This document shows positions 19,303 to 30,100 of a stretch of DNA of 64,000 nucleotides, in pieces. Location: IMG/VR virus record IMGVR_UViG_3300036770_008028, positions 1-64,000 of that record. The stretch is one strand, 5' to 3'. Below the pieces are notes generated by a model. It saw nothing but the letters and a program-made list of their open reading frames with translations, had not been told where the DNA came from and did not search any database. The DNA comes from a virus. The number at the start of each line of letters is the position of its first letter. Position 1 is the stretch's first letter. Both the position numbers and the translations under genes were made by a program.

Positions 19303-19542
19303 TTACTGCTGATCCACGAATGCCCTGAGTTCGTTGGCTTTCCGGATCACATCTTGTGTGTCAGGAAAGTCGGGTAACTTAGGAAACTCGGTTTTCAGCG
19401 GTGATGCCAGTTTTTCGTTGTATTCGCGTTGCGAATAGAACTCTTGCATCATAGCATCGCGCTTTTGGTGCACCGGCGTGGTGAGGATTTCGTTGGCCAG
19501 TTTTAGGATTTCGAGACGTATCTCGTAAGGTGTTTTGCTCAT
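19303..19542 (-). CDS. Small phage protein (MSKTPYEIRLE type)
   Basis: AAGGAG RBS; TPYEIRLE.LKLA and FP..QDVI.KA.EL..FV motifs. Confidence 0.7.
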   Translation of the reverse strand: MSKTPYEIRLEILKLANEILTTPVHQKRDAMMQEFYSQREYNEKLASPLKTEFPKLPDFPDTQDVIRKANELRAFVDQQ

Positions 19543-19593
19543 GATATACTCCTTTCTGTGTGTGCGTGTGTAATACACGAGCAAAAGTACTTA

Positions 19594-20742
19594 TTACCTT
19601 ACCTTGAGAAGGATGATATTTTCATTGCCACGCCCGTTGAATCGAGTCTCAGTAGCCCGGATATCTTTGAACGCTTTGCGGGCCTGTGGTGCACCCCCGG
19701 CCATGATGGCCCGGATCTGCTCGGCTGGTTTCCTTAGAGTTTTCTGCACCGAGTTAGTGGTGTCAAAACCAACCAAGGCAGATCCTTTCACGGTAAATGT
19801 GCCGATGTGCGTGTCTGCTGTCACGTGGATCAGTTTGCGTTTCTTGGTATCGTATAACCATGCCTCTTGTGCATCTACCAACTGAGTCACTGAGACCGAT
19901 TTCAACTTGAGTTCCTCGAACTCTTTCATGTATTTGAATCGTGCCGTGAGTTTTTCTGGACTCACAGGTTTCTTTTTGCGAGGCTTGCGTTCCACTTTCT
20001 TGATCTGTACATAAGAACCGCAGTCCGCGAGCACTTGCTCGGTGAACTTGATGAGATTCTTGATCTGGATCTTGCCAAAATTGCCATAGCCTTCGACCAA
20101 TTCCGGGTCTTTGCCCGTGACCACTTGTTCCAGTTCGGCCAATCGCTGTTGCCATTGCTGCGAGATTTCTCCTACCAGTTGTGGTGCCACGTTCATTCCC
20201 CGCAGGACTACCATGGGTTTGTAGTCTGCTGACATCTTGGCTCCGGCCAAGATCATCTCGTCATACATGGCTTCGATCTCGCCTGCGGCCTCCGACATCT
20301 TTTCACGCAAGCGATCCTGGATCGTGGGTTTGACTACCGCTGGTTCATCTGCGGTTGCTATCACTTCTTTCACTGCTCGTACAGATTGGATGTGCGCGGC
20401 GATCTGTTCATCCAGTCTGACCTGCTCAGATTCCAAGAGATCTAGACCCATGAGATTCATACGGGCCAGCCATCCATAGACATTGGTGATGGTGCTCTCT
20501 GGTACACGGGCAAACTCCTTGGCTTCTCGCTGGCGGTCATTGCGGCTGAGCCAATCAATGATGAATTCCTTGACTTCTTTCTTGCTGTAGTGATATCCGT
20601 ACCAATGGAACGCCGAGCCCAGTTGGCTGATGCGATTTTCACTGGTGGGTTGGGTGCGCCATTCGGGCTCACTGCCAGTGTATTTGGTATCAGGGCTACG
20701 GGGATTCAGTGGTTTGAGTGGTTTTACGGCAGTGGCGTTCAT
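19594..20742 (-). CDS. Conserved hypothetical protein of T4-like phages
   Basis: PTIQDRL.EK, AWLYDTKKRKL, KTLRKP.EQ, NGR.NEN.ILL. Confidence 0.7.
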   Translation of the reverse strand: MNATAVKPLKPLNPRSPDTKYTGSEPEWRTQPTSENRISQLGSAFHWYGYHYSKKEVKEFIIDWLSRNDRQREAKEFARVPESTITNVYGWLARMNLMGLDLLESEQVRLDEQIAAHIQSVRAVKEVIATADEPAVVKPTIQDRLREKMSEAAGEIEAMYDEMILAGAKMSADYKPMVVLRGMNVAPQLVGEISQQWQQRLAELEQVVTGKDPELVEGYGNFGKIQIKNLIKFTEQVLADCGSYVQIKKVERKPRKKKPVSPEKLTARFKYMKEFEELKLKSVSVTQLVDAQEAWLYDTKKRKLIHVTADTHIGTFTVKGSALVGFDTTNSVQKTLRKPAEQIRAIMAGGAPQARKAFKDIRATETRFNGRGNENIILLKVR

Positions 20743-21011
20743 TGATGCTCCTTGTACATGAGTTTAGCCAACAAAATATGTGCTTCAAAATTTTTCAAGG
20801 CTTCTTCGGCTTGTTCTAACAGTTGATCAAATCTAGGACTCCCCCGACCACGTCGGCGACAATTGACCCATTCTCCATTGGCTTCCTGGAGTTTTTGATA
20901 GACAGAACGATGCATAACGAAAAACTCTCGGGCACCCAGGCGACTCCCAATGGAATTCCGATGTGCTTGATCCAAGCGATCATGCAAGCGTTGCCAATCT
21001 TCCAGGTTCAT
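20739..21011 (-). CDS. Hypothetical early protein
   Basis: ATG 5 nt after a sigma70 -10 box; stop overlaps the next start. Confidence 0.6.
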   Translation of the reverse strand: MNLEDWQRLHDRLDQAHRNSIGSRLGAREFFVMHRSVYQKLQEANGEWVNCRRRGRGSPRFDQLLEQAEEALKNFEAHILLAKLMYKEHQ

Positions 21012-21016
21012 ACAGT

Positions 21017-21045
21017 ATTTTAGCACTATTGGATTTTTGGGTCAA
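21017..21045 (-). promoter_or_regulatory. Sigma70-type early promoter
   Basis: TTGACC-N17-TAAAAT. Confidence 0.7.
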
Positions 21046-21066
21046 CCTACCCATAAATACAGCACT

Positions 21067-22455
21067 ATGCCTAGACTTTCCATGTGGCGTCCAAATCGGA
21101 CCAATGATTACCGTTTTTTCGACCGCACCATTTCCGAAATGTACACCGTGGGCGGACTGGATCTCTACGTACACAAATATCTAGGTCCGCGCACTGGCAC
21201 AGGAGATTCGGCCGAATCGGGCAATTATGACCCCACACAGCCCAATTACACCTTTGAAGATCCGTTGTTTATACAAGATCTCTTGTTGGGGGAGAACCGT
21301 GATCGGGCTTACGATCCTGACATCTATCGCATGCGCGGTGTGTACAATGTGAGAGACATCGACTTTGATCTCACGCAGTTTGGCCTGTTCTTGAACAATG
21401 ATACCCTGTTCATCACGTTCCACTACAACGACATGATCGACACCATACAGCGCAAACTCATGAGTGGTGATGTGTTGGAGGTGCCCAATCTGCGTGATCT
21501 CAATCCCTTGGACCCGGCTATTCCCCGGGCTTTGCCTAGATACTACGTGATACAGGATGCGGCTTTTGCATCAGAAGGATTCAGCCAGACTTGGTTGCCA
21601 CATCTGTGGCGTGTGAAGGCCACACCGTTGGTCAACAGCCAGGAGTATCGAGAAATCCTAGACAAGCCCTTGATCACGGAAAATATCTGGGATCCTGGCC
21701 AGTTCTGGAGCCAAGGTACCATAGTAAACTCGGGCGACGATTACTATCAAGCTATCACAGATGTGCCTGTGGGCACAGACATCACGGATACCACCCGCTG
21801 GAGACCCATCACACCGCCCACTGTGGCCGATCAAAGCAGCAGCCGACCCAAGGATCTCGAGATCAATGATGCCATCTTGGCCGCAGCCGAACTAGAAGTT
21901 CCGCTCAGCGGCTATGACACAGTGAAGTTCTACATATTTCCCACCAACCCCGACGGCACACCGGCTGACCCCACTTCAATCACTGTGGATCAGACCTTGC
22001 CTACAGTTGATGCCAATGGTGTCAACACAGCAGATGCCGCTCAGACACCCAGGGCCGACGGTTATACCATGGGCTATCTCACCGGCGATGGCATCGCGCC
22101 CAACGGCTTGCCGGTAATTCCAGGCGTGAGTTTTCCGCCCAATCCTCGCGAAGGAGACTACTCACTACGCTTGGATTACTTCCCCAACCGACTGTTCCGT
22201 TTCAACGGACGCACTTGGATCAAGATCGAAGAAAACGTGCGCACCGATCTTACCAACGGTCCGGCCAACAATACCTTGCGCAGCAGTTTCGTCAATAATA
22301 CATACACTGTGCCCACCACAGACCTGGGCAACATCCCCAGTCGTCAGAGCCTGAGCGAACTGCTGAAACCGCGTGCAGACAACGGCGACGATGGTGGGTT
22401 CAAAGATGCCAACCCCAGGCCCGGCACACAACCTGGTCAACCCAATCAAGAGTAA
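21067..22455 (+). CDS. Neck/head-closure protein (gp14-like), extended
   Basis: IQDLLLGENRDR.YD, DFDLTQFGLFL, GDVLEVP; precedes gp15-like gene; TAAATA at 21054. Confidence 0.65.
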   Translation: MPRLSMWRPNRTNDYRFFDRTISEMYTVGGLDLYVHKYLGPRTGTGDSAESGNYDPTQPNYTFEDPLFIQDLLLGENRDRAYDPDIYRMRGVYNVRDIDFDLTQFGLFLNNDTLFITFHYNDMIDTIQRKLMSGDVLEVPNLRDLNPLDPAIPRALPRYYVIQDAAFASEGFSQTWLPHLWRVKATPLVNSQEYREILDKPLITENIWDPGQFWSQGTIVNSGDDYYQAITDVPVGTDITDTTRWRPITPPTVADQSSSRPKDLEINDAILAAAELEVPLSGYDTVKFYIFPTNPDGTPADPTSITVDQTLPTVDANGVNTADAAQTPRADGYTMGYLTGDGIAPNGLPVIPGVSFPPNPREGDYSLRLDYFPNRLFRFNGRTWIKIEENVRTDLTNGPANNTLRSSFVNNTYTVPTTDLGNIPSRQSLSELLKPRADNGDDGGFKDANPRPGTQPGQPNQE

Positions 22456-22457
22456 AC

Positions 22458-23831
22458 ATGGCCCAACAATTTTTTTACGACGACCAAATACGACGATTCC
22501 TCCTGCAGTTTGCTAGGATATTTTCCAACTTCCAGATCATGTATGGTGCACAGGGATCTGAAAATGAGACCCTGGTGCGTGTGCCCGTGAGATACGGTGA
22601 CTGGAGCCGGCAGGCACAGACCGTGGCTGCTGAAAACTCTTCCAGTTTCATGCCGTCCACTCCACTGATCTCTTTCTACATCACCAACATGGAGTATGCC
22701 CGTGATCGCATGCAAGAACCGTATCATGTGAGCAAGGTACAGGTACGACAGCGCACCTATGACTCTGGCACCGATACCTACGAAACCACACAAGGCAATG
22801 CATTCACTATCGAGCGTCTCATGCCTGTGCCTTACAAACTTTCAGTCAACGCCGACATCTGGACCTCTAATACCAATCAGAAGTTCCAGCTGTTTGAGCA
22901 GATAGCCACACTGTTCAATCCCAGTCTGGAGATACAGAGCACCGACAACTATCTAGATTGGACCAGTCTTTCCGTAGTGGATCTGGACTCGGTGCGTTGG
23001 ACCGATCGCACGATCCCAGCGGGCACAGAAAATCCCATCGATGTGATGAGCATGGGTTTCAGCATGCCTATCTGGATCTCTGCGCCGGCCAAGGTCAAGA
23101 AACTGGGTGTGGTTGAAAAAATCATCGCTTCTGTGTACGATGCGCAAGGTGATGCCAACGAAGCCATCACCAACTCAGATCTCTTGCTGGGCACGCGACA
23201 GAAGTTTACACCTTTCCGTTTCCAAACCTTGCTGATCGGCAACAAAGTACAGGTGCTCAAATACGATCAGACCATCAACACTCCCAATACCAGTATCGCG
23301 CCTCCAGAAAGCCCACCCAGCAATGAATTCTGGCAAGCAGTGATAGGCATGTATGGTACTTTGCGCCCAGGAATCAGCCAGATCAGATTTGACAATCAAT
23401 GGCAGGATGAAGGTCCTCAGATCATCGGTACCGTGACCTACGATCCCACAGACGATCGATTCCTTTTGATCGATCTCGACGAGGATACCTTACCGCAAAA
23501 CACCTTGCCTCCAGTGGATGCCATCATCAATCCTCTTACCTTCAATCCCAGCACGCAGAGCACACCCTTGACTGCTGGCACCAGATATCTCGTACTAGAC
23601 GATCTAGGTCCTAACACCGCGGCCTGGGGCACGGGCATCTCGGCAGAAGCCAATGATATTATCGAGTATGACGGTCAATTCTGGAACGTGGCTTTTGTAT
23701 CCGGCGAGGCCACTAACACGCAGTTCGTGACCAATCTTACCACTGGCTTGCAATATCGCTGGACTGGCACAGAATGGGTCAAGAGTTACGAAGGACTGTA
23801 CCCCGGAGGCGAATGGAGCCTGGTACTGTGA
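22458..23831 (+). CDS. Tail terminator/sheath stabiliser (gp15-like) with C-terminal DUF2793-like domain
   Basis: FFYD.QIRRF..QF..IFSN, VPVRYGD, MPVPY.L, EQI..LFNP. Confidence 0.8.
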   Translation: MAQQFFYDDQIRRFLLQFARIFSNFQIMYGAQGSENETLVRVPVRYGDWSRQAQTVAAENSSSFMPSTPLISFYITNMEYARDRMQEPYHVSKVQVRQRTYDSGTDTYETTQGNAFTIERLMPVPYKLSVNADIWTSNTNQKFQLFEQIATLFNPSLEIQSTDNYLDWTSLSVVDLDSVRWTDRTIPAGTENPIDVMSMGFSMPIWISAPAKVKKLGVVEKIIASVYDAQGDANEAITNSDLLLGTRQKFTPFRFQTLLIGNKVQVLKYDQTINTPNTSIAPPESPPSNEFWQAVIGMYGTLRPGISQIRFDNQWQDEGPQIIGTVTYDPTDDRFLLIDLDEDTLPQNTLPPVDAIINPLTFNPSTQSTPLTAGTRYLVLDDLGPNTAAWGTGISAEANDIIEYDGQFWNVAFVSGEATNTQFVTNLTTGLQYRWTGTEWVKSYEGLYPGGEWSLVL

Positions 23832-24253
23832 ACGCAGTGGGAGTTTGGTTCTACAGCCTGAATACCCAGAGATATCTCTATCTCATGCGCAATGATCCCA
23901 AGTATCCTGGATCCTGGGGCTTGCCCGGAGGCAAGGCACAGCCTGGAGAGAGCCTACTAGACGCTTTGCAGAGAGAATGCCAGGAAGAAATTGGTCAGTG
24001 GCCCGATTATGTGAGCCTAGCGCCATTGGAACAGTTTACTTCCGCAGATGATAGTTTTGTTTATCACACTTTTTTCTGCTGCGTGGGTCGAGAGTTCCAA
24101 CCCTATCTCAACAATGAACATCTTGGTTATGCCTGGATTGATGCAATGACATGGCCTAGACCCATGCATCCAGGGCTATGGAACACAGTAAATCTAGATG
24201 CTGTCAGACACAAGATTGACGTGATAATCAATCGTGTTCAGATATCGCAGTAA
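23828..24253 (+). CDS. NUDIX hydrolase
   Basis: WGLPGGK...GES...ALQREC.EEIG Nudix box; GTG start overlaps the gp15 stop. Confidence 0.9.
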   Translation: MNAVGVWFYSLNTQRYLYLMRNDPKYPGSWGLPGGKAQPGESLLDALQRECQEEIGQWPDYVSLAPLEQFTSADDSFVYHTFFCCVGREFQPYLNNEHLGYAWIDAMTWPRPMHPGLWNTVNLDAVRHKIDVIINRVQISQ

Positions 24254-24900
24254 GAGATAAATCTGCGATGCTCGATCTGTTCCACGTTGGGATGATCGAG
24301 CCAAGACTGTGGTAACGTGCCAATTCCGACAAAATAAAACTTGGTGGTATCATAGGTCTCTATCACGCGATCGATGTCAGAGACCCAATTGGCAGTGCCG
24401 CCCTGTGTATCAGCGTTGTACCCCAACAAGAAGATCTCATCATGCCCGTCAAACGCGGCCAAGTACAGATTCAGTGCCAAGTTATCCATGACCGGAAGAT
24501 AAGGCACGATATAAAATCTTCCGGGATTTTCTAAGCACAATCTGGGAGATGTGTACACCGTAGACTTTTCATCATACTGCGATTTAGATATGCCGCGCAC
24601 TTGTTTGATGTCGGTACTGACATAGAAATCCAGGGCCATGTCGGTCCAGATGTCTGCAGTTCCATAGGTCTGGAGTCTTTTTTTTCCTAGTAATCCTCCG
24701 CGATGTCTCTGCAGACGTTGGTGCCGGAATCTTTTTTCATCCACTCGGCCGCCGATCACAGCAGCACGGCCCGATATATGAAAATTCTTTATGGGGTTTG
24801 GTATCCATTCTCGCTGTTGAGTGGATTGTCCATCGGCTAAACGCACTTCGGTTAAAACGAATTCGCCATCATAGTCTTGGCGGAAGCGTTTTTCCATCAC
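24238..24900 (-). CDS. Hypothetical protein, possible Maf/MptE/GT29-like fold
   Basis: AAVIGG, TYG..DIW, DFYVSTD, YLAAFDGH.EIFLLG. Confidence 0.5.
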   Translation of the reverse strand: MMEKRFRQDYDGEFVLTEVRLADGQSTQQREWIPNPIKNFHISGRAAVIGGRVDEKRFRHQRLQRHRGGLLGKKRLQTYGTADIWTDMALDFYVSTDIKQVRGISKSQYDEKSTVYTSPRLCLENPGRFYIVPYLPVMDNLALNLYLAAFDGHDEIFLLGYNADTQGGTANWVSDIDRVIETYDTTKFYFVGIGTLPQSWLDHPNVEQIEHRRFISYCDI

Positions 24901-25859
24901 AACCGTCCAACAAGAATCTCGATCTGCCCTTCACTATCGCTGTCGTAATCTGCCAAGGCTTTACCAATCACCGATCCTGGCCGGAATTGATCCGCAGGTA
25001 AAGAAGTGGCCACTCCTGGCACTCGACTGCTACACAGGAGGTCGCCACGTTTGATTGATCCAATCACCCGGCAAGGTACACGACCTAGTAAAGCGACCTG
25101 TGCTACAGTATCGCCCGATGCTCCGCTGTTCATGATGAATGCAGGATCGGTAGATACCACTCCTGCGATCTTGGTAGACGCGAATCCAGTGGTTTCTGTG
25201 ACTTCTCGACTGCCGCCAATTTCTAACACAGTGCCAGGCGGGTATGATTGATCGGCCTGATATTTTTCTGCCAAGTCAGCGTATTGTGCAGAAGTGGCCT
25301 TGGCAAACACTGTATTAAAAGTCAAATTACTCTGACCAATGTTGCCTACACCGTTACTGCCAGTTTTCACTATCTCTGGTGTGAACACATCCGCGGTGGC
25401 TATGACATTGGCTCCTTGTATGTTACCACTAGATGTTAAACTAGTAAGGGTTCCAACAGAAGTGATATTAGTTTGTGCTGCTGTAGTTAATGTGCCCGCG
25501 ATCGAAGTACCACTCAAGTTGCCACCGGTAATATTTCCAGTGGCAGTGACGTAACCCGAGACATTGGCTCCGCTAGAACTCAGCAACTGTATAGTGCTAC
25601 CACCTACATTAGCACGGATGTTGCCGTCGGTAGCGACAATCGTAATGCTAGATGTGCCATCAGTAATAGAGTTTGCCGAAAGGCTGCTGATAGCATTGTC
25701 AACATAGGCCACTGTGGCAATGTTTGAACCTCCGGTTGTAGCACCATCATGAACTCTGAGTGTTTTGTTTGTGGTATCAACTGTGATTTCAGCCAAAGCA
25801 CCGGTAAATGCATCATTTTGTGCCGCAGTGCCTTTTCGATACGATATCTGGGTTGACAT
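24897..25859 (-). CDS. Tail fibre/appendage protein (Mtd_N-like N-terminus, intramolecular-chaperone-like C-terminus)
   Basis: RKGT...FTGALAEITVDT...RVHDG.T.GG; ATSAQYADLAEKY...GVVST.P...GRVP. Confidence 0.75.
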   Translation of the reverse strand: MSTQISYRKGTAAQNDAFTGALAEITVDTTNKTLRVHDGATTGGSNIATVAYVDNAISSLSANSITDGTSSITIVATDGNIRANVGGSTIQLLSSSGANVSGYVTATGNITGGNLSGTSIAGTLTTAAQTNITSVGTLTSLTSSGNIQGANVIATADVFTPEIVKTGSNGVGNIGQSNLTFNTVFAKATSAQYADLAEKYQADQSYPPGTVLEIGGSREVTETTGFASTKIAGVVSTDPAFIMNSGASGDTVAQVALLGRVPCRVIGSIKRGDLLCSSRVPGVATSLPADQFRPGSVIGKALADYDSDSEGQIEILVGRL

Positions 25860-25894
25860 TTTTGTTTCCTTATTTGCTATTTATAAGCACTGTT

Positions 25895-27109
25895 TCATGT
25901 GACAACAGCACGGTCGGTGACTCTGCGCCAATTGGTGCCATCTGAAAACGCCATCACTGCGCCTCCGGTTTCGTTGCTGACATATACCATTTGTCCTTCC
26001 GGGAAGGCTGGAGGCAATGAAGCCACCGAATATGATGGAAAAACAATGAGATCTGGCTGCAATAGACCTGCTTGGACCAGCGATCCTAGATTTATTTCAA
26101 CTGTTTCTTCCGCTGTGATCAATCCAAGATCTAGACTAGTAATCACCATCTCGTCTACATCCCCAAAATCAGCATCATCTGAAAATATAGCAGTTTCACT
26201 GGCTTCGGTGGCGGCACTGATAGGAGCAAGATTGGCTCCGTCATTTTGTAAAATTTGTAATGTACCACCGGTGTCTTTGAGTTGTAAGTTACCTAACTGG
26301 ATAGTATTACCTGTCAGAAACAGATTACTCCAGCGATTGGTGGCATTGCCTAGACTATAGGTATTATCAGCGTCAGGAATTAAATTACTACCCACCGAAG
26401 TAGATACCGAAAGATTGCCGCCGGCGATGTTACCGGTGGCTGTCACATAACCTATGACATTGGCACCACCGGTACTGAACACTGCTACGTTGCTGGTGCC
26501 GCCTACTCCCACCGTGACATTGCCACCGGACGATACCACATTGACATTTGATGTGCCGTTTGATATAGAGTTGAGACTGATGCCCGTGACTCCAATGGTC
26601 ACAGATTTGGCCGTGGCATTACCTGTGATAGCAATATTGTTGCCGGCAGTAAATGTAACTGCATCGCCTACCACATTGGCCAGCACTGCGGTGCCGTTGG
26701 CAAAAATATTACCAAAAGCGAACGCAGAATTCTGCTCGAATACCAGTGCAGTGGTGCCGATCACTATGGGATTGTTAGTGATCAGTTTCCATTGAGTGTC
26801 TTTGTAGACTGAACCTTCGGTGACCATCACGATCATACCGGCTTCAATCTCGCCATCTTCGTTGCCGTCAGAGGTGCGTACCCAGGTACCGTTTGATCCT
26901 GCTCCTACGGTCTGCACACGATACAGTCCATTTTGGCTGCCAGTAGTCTGTCCTGCTACTAGCACACGGTCACTGGCTAATAGGCTTATTCCGTCTACTG
27001 TGGCCGGAGCACCACCTGACAAAGTGATGTCAGCCAAGGTGATCACCCGCACTGCTTGCTTATAGTCTATGTCTGAAATCTGTTCTGCGCGGATCCGTGT
27101 TAAACCCAT
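25895..27109 (-). CDS. Tail fibre protein
   Basis: DRVLV.GQ...QNGLY module, GN-rich repeats, AFSDGTNWRR. Confidence 0.75.
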   Translation of the reverse strand: MGLTRIRAEQISDIDYKQAVRVITLADITLSGGAPATVDGISLLASDRVLVAGQTTGSQNGLYRVQTVGAGSNGTWVRTSDGNEDGEIEAGMIVMVTEGSVYKDTQWKLITNNPIVIGTTALVFEQNSAFAFGNIFANGTAVLANVVGDAVTFTAGNNIAITGNATAKSVTIGVTGISLNSISNGTSNVNVVSSGGNVTVGVGGTSNVAVFSTGGANVIGYVTATGNIAGGNLSVSTSVGSNLIPDADNTYSLGNATNRWSNLFLTGNTIQLGNLQLKDTGGTLQILQNDGANLAPISAATEASETAIFSDDADFGDVDEMVITSLDLGLITAEETVEINLGSLVQAGLLQPDLIVFPSYSVASLPPAFPEGQMVYVSNETGGAVMAFSDGTNWRRVTDRAVVT

Positions 27110-27139
27110 GTCGTCACCTTATTCACTCAATATTTAGCC

Positions 27140-27167
27140 AAAAAAACAGGGCACTGGGTGCCCTGTT
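27140..27167 (-). terminator. Intrinsic terminator
   Basis: AACAGGGCAC-N3-GTGCCCTGTT plus T run on the minus strand. Confidence 0.85.
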
Positions 27168-27186
27168 GATTGATGCGGATAGTGTC

Positions 27187-30100
27187 TTAGAATCTACCAA
27201 CTACCACTTCGATCACTCCGGTGTCACCGGCAAAATCTTCCAGAGCTTTGCCAATTACTGTGCCTACTGCAGCATCATTGTTGGTCATGGCCGATCCATC
27301 ACCGGCGGAAACCATCAAGTCACCTTTGGTCACGGCGCCTTTCACACGGCAGGGCACGCGACCTTGCAGAGCCACGGGTACCACATGCTCTCCAGGTTGT
27401 GCGGCATTCATGAGATAACTAGGATTGGTAGATATCACACCGGCCACACGTCGATCGTTGGCATGGGCACAGACAGTGACTTCTTTGGTACCGCCAAAAC
27501 ATACCACTGTGCCTGGTTCGTAAGCAGCATCCGCTTCGTACATCTCGGCCAAGTCAGCGTATTGCGCAGAAGTGGCCTTAGCGAACACTGTGTTGAACAC
27601 CGAAGTGCTGGAACCAATGTTGCCAACACCGTTGGATCCGGTCTTGGTTATGCTGCTCAGGCTTACCAGTCCAGCAGTGATCAGGTTACCGCCCGTGATG
27701 TTGCCGGTGGCGCTAATCAATCCAGCGGTTGTCAGATTGCCACCACTTACATTACCCGTGGCCACTACCTGAGCACCGGTGATCAGGTTGCCACCGGTGA
27801 CGTTGCCGGTAGCAGTGATGTATCCAGCGACGTTCGCACCAGTAGCAGTTATCACACCAGTGGTGTTGCCTCCGGCGATCAACAGCACGTTGCCGTTGGC
27901 GCCAGCAAAACTCACATTAGATGTACCAGATTCAATGGCATCGCCCACCACCTCTACGTTGGCATCCAAGGTAGCAGGAGTGGTTCCATCCGGTCCAAAG
28001 AATCCAATGCTGTTGCCACCGGTATTCTTCATCACGATGTTACCCAGCGTGATTGAGTTACCAGCAAAGTATCCATCACGCCAGCGGAATGATGTTGAAC
28101 CAAGATCGTACGTGACATTGGCTGTGGGTATGAGATTACCTTGAACCGTAAATGATGCTTCGGTAGCCGAACCTTCAAAGATCGCATTGCCAGACGCATT
28201 GCTGATACCAATCACCTGCTGTGTGGTGGTCAATATACGAGCATCAATCACGTCGGTCACTGCAGGCGCTTCTGTGAATGTCAGTACGTTGCCTGACACG
28301 GCATAGGCAGTGGTGGGTATCTGTACCACACCGTTGATAGAAACTATGGTGCCTGCTGTAGTTGAATCTTCGCTCAGCGTGAATTGTAGAGTTGATCCAT
28401 CACCGTTAAATTCGTCTGCCACGATGATAGTGAATGTAGTACCGGCCGATGTCCAGGAGTCATTGTCATAGTATTCCAGACTATCGGAAGTGGTGTTGAA
28501 TCGCAGCATGCCTGTGACACCGGTAGCAGGACGCTGGCTGATGTTACCCACAGGAACCATGATGGAATCAGTGGTGCCTACTTTCAATGCTGCACCTGTG
28601 GTGGCCGTGGCTGTACCAATCAGCACTGTGTCTGATCCTGCATCCACTATGAAAAGATTGGTTTCATTATCGCCACTCACGCGCAGATCGATGTCAGATC
28701 CTGCGGCATTGATAGTGATGATATTGCTGGCAAAATTGGTGATGTCGTTGCCGGTGATGCGTATGTTGCCAAGATCTGCCGCACCAGTGGTGATCAAATT
28801 GCCACCGGTGATGTTGCCTGTAGCTGCTACCTGACCTGCTGTGGTCAAGTTGCCACCAACCACGTTGCCTGTGGCTGTAACGGTAGTACCTGCTGTAACG
28901 GCTGCTGTGGCATTGACATTGCCACCATCTACATTGCCAGTGGCTACCACGGTGCCAGCCGTATTGAGATTACCGCCGGTTACATTGCCCGTAGCTACCA
29001 CTTGTCCTGCTGTGTTGATATTTCCACCGGTAACATTACCTGTAGCGTCCACTGCACCGGCTGTGGTCAAGTTGCCACCAACCACGTTGCCTGTGGCTGT
29101 GACGGTAGTACCTGCTGTAACGGCTGCTGTGGCATTGACATTGCCACCATCGATGTTACCACTTGCTGTGATCGTGACGCCTGTGACAGCAGCATTGGAG
29201 TTCACATTGCCAGCCAACACATTACCACTGGCAGTTAACGTTGCTGTAGAAACATCGTTGGTTATGACTGCGTTGTTACCTTCAAGATTTCCAGAAGCGG
29301 TGATGGTCACACCGGTCACTGCTGCGTTTGAATTTACGTTACCTGCGAGTACGTTTCCAGAAGCAGTGACAGTGGCAGCCGACACATCATTGGTTATGAC
29401 TGCATTATTGCCCTCTAAATTACCCGAAGCAGTGATAGTGATGCCTGTGACAGCGGCATTGGAGTTCACATTGCCTGCTAGAACATTACCAGACGCTGTA
29501 ACTGTCGTAGCACTCAATAATCCATTACCTGTCAGCGTAAGGCTATTACCTGTGGCATCGCCAATATTTGGTGTTGTTAGATTGGCGCCGGCTTTAACGA
29601 TGATGTTACCACCGCCATCAAATGCAGTAGTGTCGTTGTCAACTTTGGCAGAAAATACTGTACCGTTGAGAACCAAACCAGCCTGTGTGTTGGCCGAGTA
29701 GACCTGGCTGGCCGAGAACTGTGTGAACACGATGTTGGCCACACCAAAGATGAAAGGCCCTGGCGGTTCGGTTTTCACATAACTTTCGCCGGCACCGGTA
29801 TCACCAAATTTCACATAGAAATAAGAGCCTTGGTCTAATCCGGTACTGGTATCAGGTTCGTAAGTATCGGCATCACTGCTCCGTGTCAGTATCCATGGTG
29901 CTGAAACATTACCTGTGTCTGTGACATCATACACGCCGTTTTGGATAGCACTACTCTGATTATAAACTAGAACCCGATTTCCAGCACTGACTGAAAATCC
30001 ATCCACGATAAGAGCACCGTTGGTTGTGGCTGTGAGAGTAGCACCTATACCGGAGTTTACACGCACCGACTCTGTTAGTCCAGATCCAGATGTGATGTTG

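Noticed and set aside
24897-27700. Diversity-generating retroelement suggested by the Mtd_N-like domain and duplicated C-termini
   Set aside because: Differences between the copies are not adenine-specific and no reverse transcriptase is present
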